Positions 60,679 to 64,000 of a stretch of 64,000 bases of DNA are shown here, one piece after another. Position 1 is the stretch's first letter, and each line of letters starts with the position of its first letter. A model generated the notes under the pieces. It was not told the origin of the DNA and did no database searches. It saw only the letters and a program-made list of their open reading frames with translations. The position numbers and the translations under genes are program-made. Source of the stretch: a virus (lineage: Duplodnaviria > Caudoviricetes); IMG/VR virus record IMGVR_UViG_3300025867_000005. One strand, 5' to 3'.

Positions 60679-61110
60679 TTATTTCACTTCCGCTTCTACA
60701 CAAATATCACTTAATGTCTGGGTCTCGATTTCAACATCCATATCTGGGAATTCTTTTCCTAGAATGCTGAGTCTATTAATCTGGTTTTCCCAACCGGAAC
60801 GTTCTCCATAAAAACTTTTCCTGAGATAAGTTGTCCTTACTTCACCCCATTCATCATATTTCTCTTTTGAAAAACGCAAATCCATTTCTTTGCAAACTGA
60901 ATCTGTACTTAGGAACATTTCCTTCGGCTTCATTCCGAAAAAACGAACAAAGATACTTTGGTTCCACTTTCTTACTTCTTCATTAAATCGTTTGTGACAA
61001 TCAAGAATCTTTTCTTGAACTTCTTTTTCCCTCTTGGCATAAATGCCCTTCTTCGCTCTTTCACAAAGTTCAAAGAGGACACTTCCTTTAATCTTTACAC
61101 AAGCATTCAT
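60679..61110 (-). CDS. hypothetical phage protein (paralogue of 74..499)
   Basis: similar helical N-terminus and length. Confidence 0.72.
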   Translation of the reverse strand: MNACVKIKGSVLFELCERAKKGIYAKREKEVQEKILDCHKRFNEEVRKWNQSIFVRFFGMKPKEMFLSTDSVCKEMDLRFSKEKYDEWGEVRTTYLRKSFYGERSGWENQINRLSILGKEFPDMDVEIETQTLSDICVEAEVK

Positions 61111-61112
61111 TT

Positions 61113-61418
61113 TTAAACACTTCCTTCTTTTGATAAGTTATTCCACCAATCAACTCCGTCTTGCGGGACACTTGTATATCCCCAATACGTTTCCCCGTCT
61201 TCTGTCGGGACAGCAGCGACCAACCACCCTATAGAATGTTCAAATTCAGAATCAGGCACTTTCTGTTTTTGATCTTCAAGGGCGCAGGACCTGCATAAAA
61301 GTTCTACGGCTACGGCACAAGTTTGATATTGCCGATAGAGCCTTACATGATGTTTTCCGCATTTTGAACAAACGTATTCTTCGGGAATTTCCAATTTCTT
61401 ATAGTTAAATGACTTCGT
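61113..61418 (-). CDS. Zn-ribbon phage protein; best SD points to an ACG start at 61418 (alternative TTG 61394)
   Basis: C..CG...LYR.Y, IGWLVAAVPTED..TYWGYTSVP..GV.WW; GAGGTG upstream of ACG. Confidence 0.7.
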   Translation of the reverse strand, partial: TKSFNYKKLEIPEEYVCSKCGKHHVRLYRQYQTCAVAVELLCRSCALEDQKQKVPDSEFEHSIGWLVAAVPTEDGETYWGYTSVPQDGVDWWNNLSKEGSV

Positions 61419-61824
61419 TTCTCACCTCTTCTATAATTGAGCTTCTATTGTTTACTGACACCGTATAGTTCCCGCGTTTCAGCCTTTTAAAGAATTCCCC
61501 CACGAAATTTTCAACAGTCTTGTTGCTGTGCCTGTCTACGTTTTCCTTAAGCTTGCTTTGATCCATATTCTTGAAAGTTTTATATCTCTGGATCTGCCCT
61601 TCACGATTCCAACATACAAATCGGAATTGTATAAGTAGTTCTCCTACTTTCTTTTTGAATCCTACGATTTCATAACTAAAACAAATCTGCTTGCTGAAAA
61701 TCCGTTTTAGGATTCCCTCACACAACACATTATCGCAATTTCCAAGCTTACCTGGAAATTTAACAATGACGGCGAAAATCTTTTCTGTTTTTACACAAAG
61801 AACCTCTTTTAACACCCTAAGCAT
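61405..61824 (-). CDS. hypothetical protein
   Basis: GGAG SD. Confidence 0.65.
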   Translation of the reverse strand: MLRVLKEVLCVKTEKIFAVIVKFPGKLGNCDNVLCEGILKRIFSKQICFSYEIVGFKKKVGELLIQFRFVCWNREGQIQRYKTFKNMDQSKLKENVDRHSNKTVENFVGEFFKRLKRGNYTVSVNNRSSIIEEVRNEVI

Positions 61825-62381
61825 TTTTCTCCATTCTTAAAGCGTTCAACTGCTTCCCAAGCTTCTTTTTCCGTATTCCATTTTTCCCTGCCTTCGAGAA
61901 CAAGTGTTCCATAGCCTTTAACAATATAGAAGTGTTTACAGTCCGGCCAACGGGAAACTTTAATATCATTGATTTCTTGTGGGAAATAATTCGCTTCTTT
62001 TTCTTCTATCGTTTCAAGATCATTTGTCCACTGAAAATAACCGCCGTTTTCATTTATCAGGATTCTTCCATATTTGATTAAAAAAGTTTCTCTTATCCCG
62101 GCTATCCTATCCATTGTTTGGGCGAAGACTATTGCAGGGATATCGCCCTTTTTAAGATTCATTGCCAGTGCTTTCAACAAAGGCACGATGTTATTTCCCG
62201 GCTTACAATGATATTCCCCTTTGCAAGAAAAGTCCTTGGACGATACAAATTCCATAATCATTCTTGCATTGCGAGACGAAAACCATTTTTCAAGAACAAG
62301 AAGTATTTCTGTGTTCGTGACATCTGCCATCCAAGGATAAGATATCCCCGTCTTATTATTCTTAACTTTGATGAATTTCAT
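61809..62381 (-). CDS. hypothetical phage protein
   Basis: ATGA overlap; I..SRWP...H.Y. Confidence 0.72.
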   Translation of the reverse strand: MKFIKVKNNKTGISYPWMADVTNTEILLVLEKWFSSRNARMIMEFVSSKDFSCKGEYHCKPGNNIVPLLKALAMNLKKGDIPAIVFAQTMDRIAGIRETFLIKYGRILINENGGYFQWTNDLETIEEKEANYFPQEINDIKVSRWPDCKHFYIVKGYGTLVLEGREKWNTEKEAWEAVERFKNGEKCLGC

Positions 62382-62581
62382 ATGATCGGATGCTTTAGGG
62401 GAGAAGGGATGCTGAAACAACGCTTCGCCCATATCTGCTTTCTCTTCATCGTTTTAAGCATTGCATTCGCTTTTCTAACTTCAGTGAAGAAACCGATCAC
62501 AGTGTTGCTAAACTCTTTCATTTCTGTTTTCTCCTGGTTAATGCGTTTCAAGATTTGAATAATTTGAATAATGTCTTCCAC
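62378..62581 (-). CDS. hypothetical protein
   Basis: packed ORF, GTG start. Confidence 0.5.
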   Translation of the reverse strand: MEDIIQIIQILKRINQEKTEMKEFSNTVIGFFTEVRKANAMLKTMKRKQIWAKRCFSIPSPLKHPII

Positions 62582-63026
62582 AAGCCTTCAACAGTTCCGT
62601 GTAGACCCTACGGTTATGATTCACTCTCATATTAATAGCTTTGAAGTCTTCATACTTTATTCCAAACAGTTCAGAAGCGAAAAGACCGACAGCTCCACTT
62701 CTGCTGATACCGGCACCACAATGCACGATTAGATCCAGGTCTTCCCCAGTGGTTTCTACATTCTGATTTAACCCGTCAAGGAAATTGAAAATCTTCACAG
62801 CGGTTTCAGGAGAAATGACTTTTTCCCCGTCTTTATCTTTGTCTACGTCATCAAATTCAACATTCAAGACTCTCTTGCCGTCTTTAAGAAAATGATTCCA
62901 ACCCATCCCGCTGTTTTCAATGCTGATAACAGCAAAGTTGCTGGAATCGACATATTCCTGTGTTAAGGAAAGTCTTAAGCAGTTTTCAACGAATTCTTTG
63001 CGAGAAAGGACGTAAATCGTTTTCAT
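62538..63026 (-). CDS. protein-tyrosine/dual-specificity phosphatase-like protein
   Basis: VISI, F.D, VHCGAGISRSGA (CX5R), N..VY. Confidence 0.9.
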   Translation of the reverse strand: MKTIYVLSRKEFVENCLRLSLTQEYVDSSNFAVISIENSGMGWNHFLKDGKRVLNVEFDDVDKDKDGEKVISPETAVKIFNFLDGLNQNVETTGEDLDLIVHCGAGISRSGAVGLFASELFGIKYEDFKAINMRVNHNRRVYTELLKACGRHYSNYSNLETH

Positions 63027-63154
63027 TCTTCAATCTCCACTTTCTTATCCCGTTTGTACTTCTTCTCCGATTCCTTAACCCGTGTACGAGGATTCACCAC
63101 CCATGTCTTTCGGATGTGTTTTACGGGAGAATCCTTTTGTGTCTTTGTTTTCAT
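63023..63154 (-). CDS. small basic protein (43 aa), probably leaderless
   Basis: MKTKTQKDSPVKHIRKTWVVNPRTRVKESEKKYKR...; ATG 7 nt after the -10 box; ATGA overlap with next gene. Confidence 0.65.
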   Translation of the reverse strand: MKTKTQKDSPVKHIRKTWVVNPRTRVKESEKKYKRDKKVEIEE

Positions 63155-63161
63155 ACCATAT

Positions 63162-63190
63162 ACTTTATCACATCTTAATTAGATTGTCAA
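63162..63190 (-). promoter_or_regulatory. sigma70-like early promoter
   Basis: TTGACA-17-TAAAGT, TG extension. Confidence 0.8.
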
Positions 63191-63238
63191 TGGGTTGAAT
63201 GTATTTTGATAAAGGAAGAAAGTAAAGGAGACCACTTT

Positions 63239-63829
63239 ATGAACTTTTACAACTTGAAATCCAAATTCCTTACTATTTTCGGGGACATCAAAATCTACAA
63301 ATACCCGATGTTCTTCATCTATTGCCCGACATCATTCCAAGCGAAGGGTAAACAGACGAGGGATGCTATTTCCGTTCTTCAGCCAGGGGACTTGATTCTC
63401 AGAGGATATACCGATTATCTTGACGGCAGGTTCCAGCCAGGGAAATACAGTCATACCGGGATTTATGTCGGGGATGGCAAGATGATACACGCCGTCGCGG
63501 AAGGCGTATCAGAAATCGATGTGATAGACTTCCTTCGTTGTGACTGCTTCTGTATCCTTCGGCCTTCCGGAGGGCAGGAACAGGCAATAGAACGCGCCCA
63601 CAAGTACTTAGGCACACCGTATGACTTCAACTTTGAAACATGGAACAATAAAATGTATTGCCATGAACTTGCCGCAAGGTGTTACAATGAACTGAAAATC
63701 GCCAAGACGATACCGGTAGTCTGTAAAGTCATTAAGGGGAAACCGGCGTATCTCGCAGATTCTTTCTTGGAAAGCCCTGACTTCAAGGTTGTTTATCAAT
63801 TTCCGGAAGAAACATCTCAGAAAAGTTAA
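63239..63829 (+). CDS. permuted papain-like (YiiX/YebB, NlpC/P60) amidase
   Basis: LQPGD.IL, YSH.GIY.G....IHA, G..YDF.F, YC.EL; AAGGAG SD. Confidence 0.88.
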   Translation: MNFYNLKSKFLTIFGDIKIYKYPMFFIYCPTSFQAKGKQTRDAISVLQPGDLILRGYTDYLDGRFQPGKYSHTGIYVGDGKMIHAVAEGVSEIDVIDFLRCDCFCILRPSGGQEQAIERAHKYLGTPYDFNFETWNNKMYCHELAARCYNELKIAKTIPVVCKVIKGKPAYLADSFLESPDFKVVYQFPEETSQKS

Positions 63830-63999
63830 ATGCTAACTTCATAGCAGTCATTATGTGAGGTGTTCAAATCGAAAGGGAGGCTGTCTTTAATCATTCCTTC
63901 TTCTTTCACGATTGTCTTCAGGGATTCTACGTCAAATGCGTTTTTTAGGATGAAGGCTTTCCTTTGTTCCGATGTCATTTTGATGATATCTATCCCGTT
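63826..63999 (-). CDS. 3' end of a hypothetical gene (partial at window edge)
   Basis: open frame ...IIKMTSEQRKAF...EVSI*. Confidence 0.5.
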   Translation of the reverse strand, partial: NGIDIIKMTSEQRKAFILKNAFDVESLKTIVKEEGMIKDSLPFDLNTSHNDCYEVSI

Positions 64000-64000
64000 G

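Overview
This window looks like part of a large (jumbo-type) lytic phage genome. It has no rRNA, tRNA or CRISPR array that I could find. Most of it is densely packed short 'early' genes driven by about 17 near-consensus sigma70-type promoters (TTGACA-N17-TAnnnT, usually with an extended -10 TG). Recognisable genes are: NAD-dependent DNA ligase; RNA-repair enzymes (Thg1, RtcB split by an HNH intein, HAD phosphatases, a P-loop kinase); a dTTP pathway (dCMP deaminase, ThyX, dUTPase); NAD salvage (adjacent pncA and pncB); CoA biosynthesis (split coaB and a coaC fused to an M23-like domain); translation-related genes (IF-3 and a diverged uS10/NusE-like protein); a LemA-TPM pair; an M16 peptidase; a radical SAM enzyme; and a tyrosine phosphatase. 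Two + strand blocks (26745-45269 and 47231-51047) lack the early promoter and encode large mosaic fibre/adhesin-like proteins with tail-fibre motifs, LamG domains and BspA-like LRRs. The most unusual observations are: (1) six of these fibre-like proteins start with apparent Sec signal peptides; (2) several genes seem to read through in-frame TAG/TGA codons, each one A>G change from Trp, and two seem to start at ACG, which could be recoding/editing or just decay/assembly error; (3) the uS10/NusE homologue has a replaced ribosome-binding loop; (4) PncA+PncB form a candidate anti-NAD-depletion route; (5) a 93-bp LRR tandem array varies at only a few codons, with signs of domain swapping. All family assignments are by eye from motifs; no searches were run.
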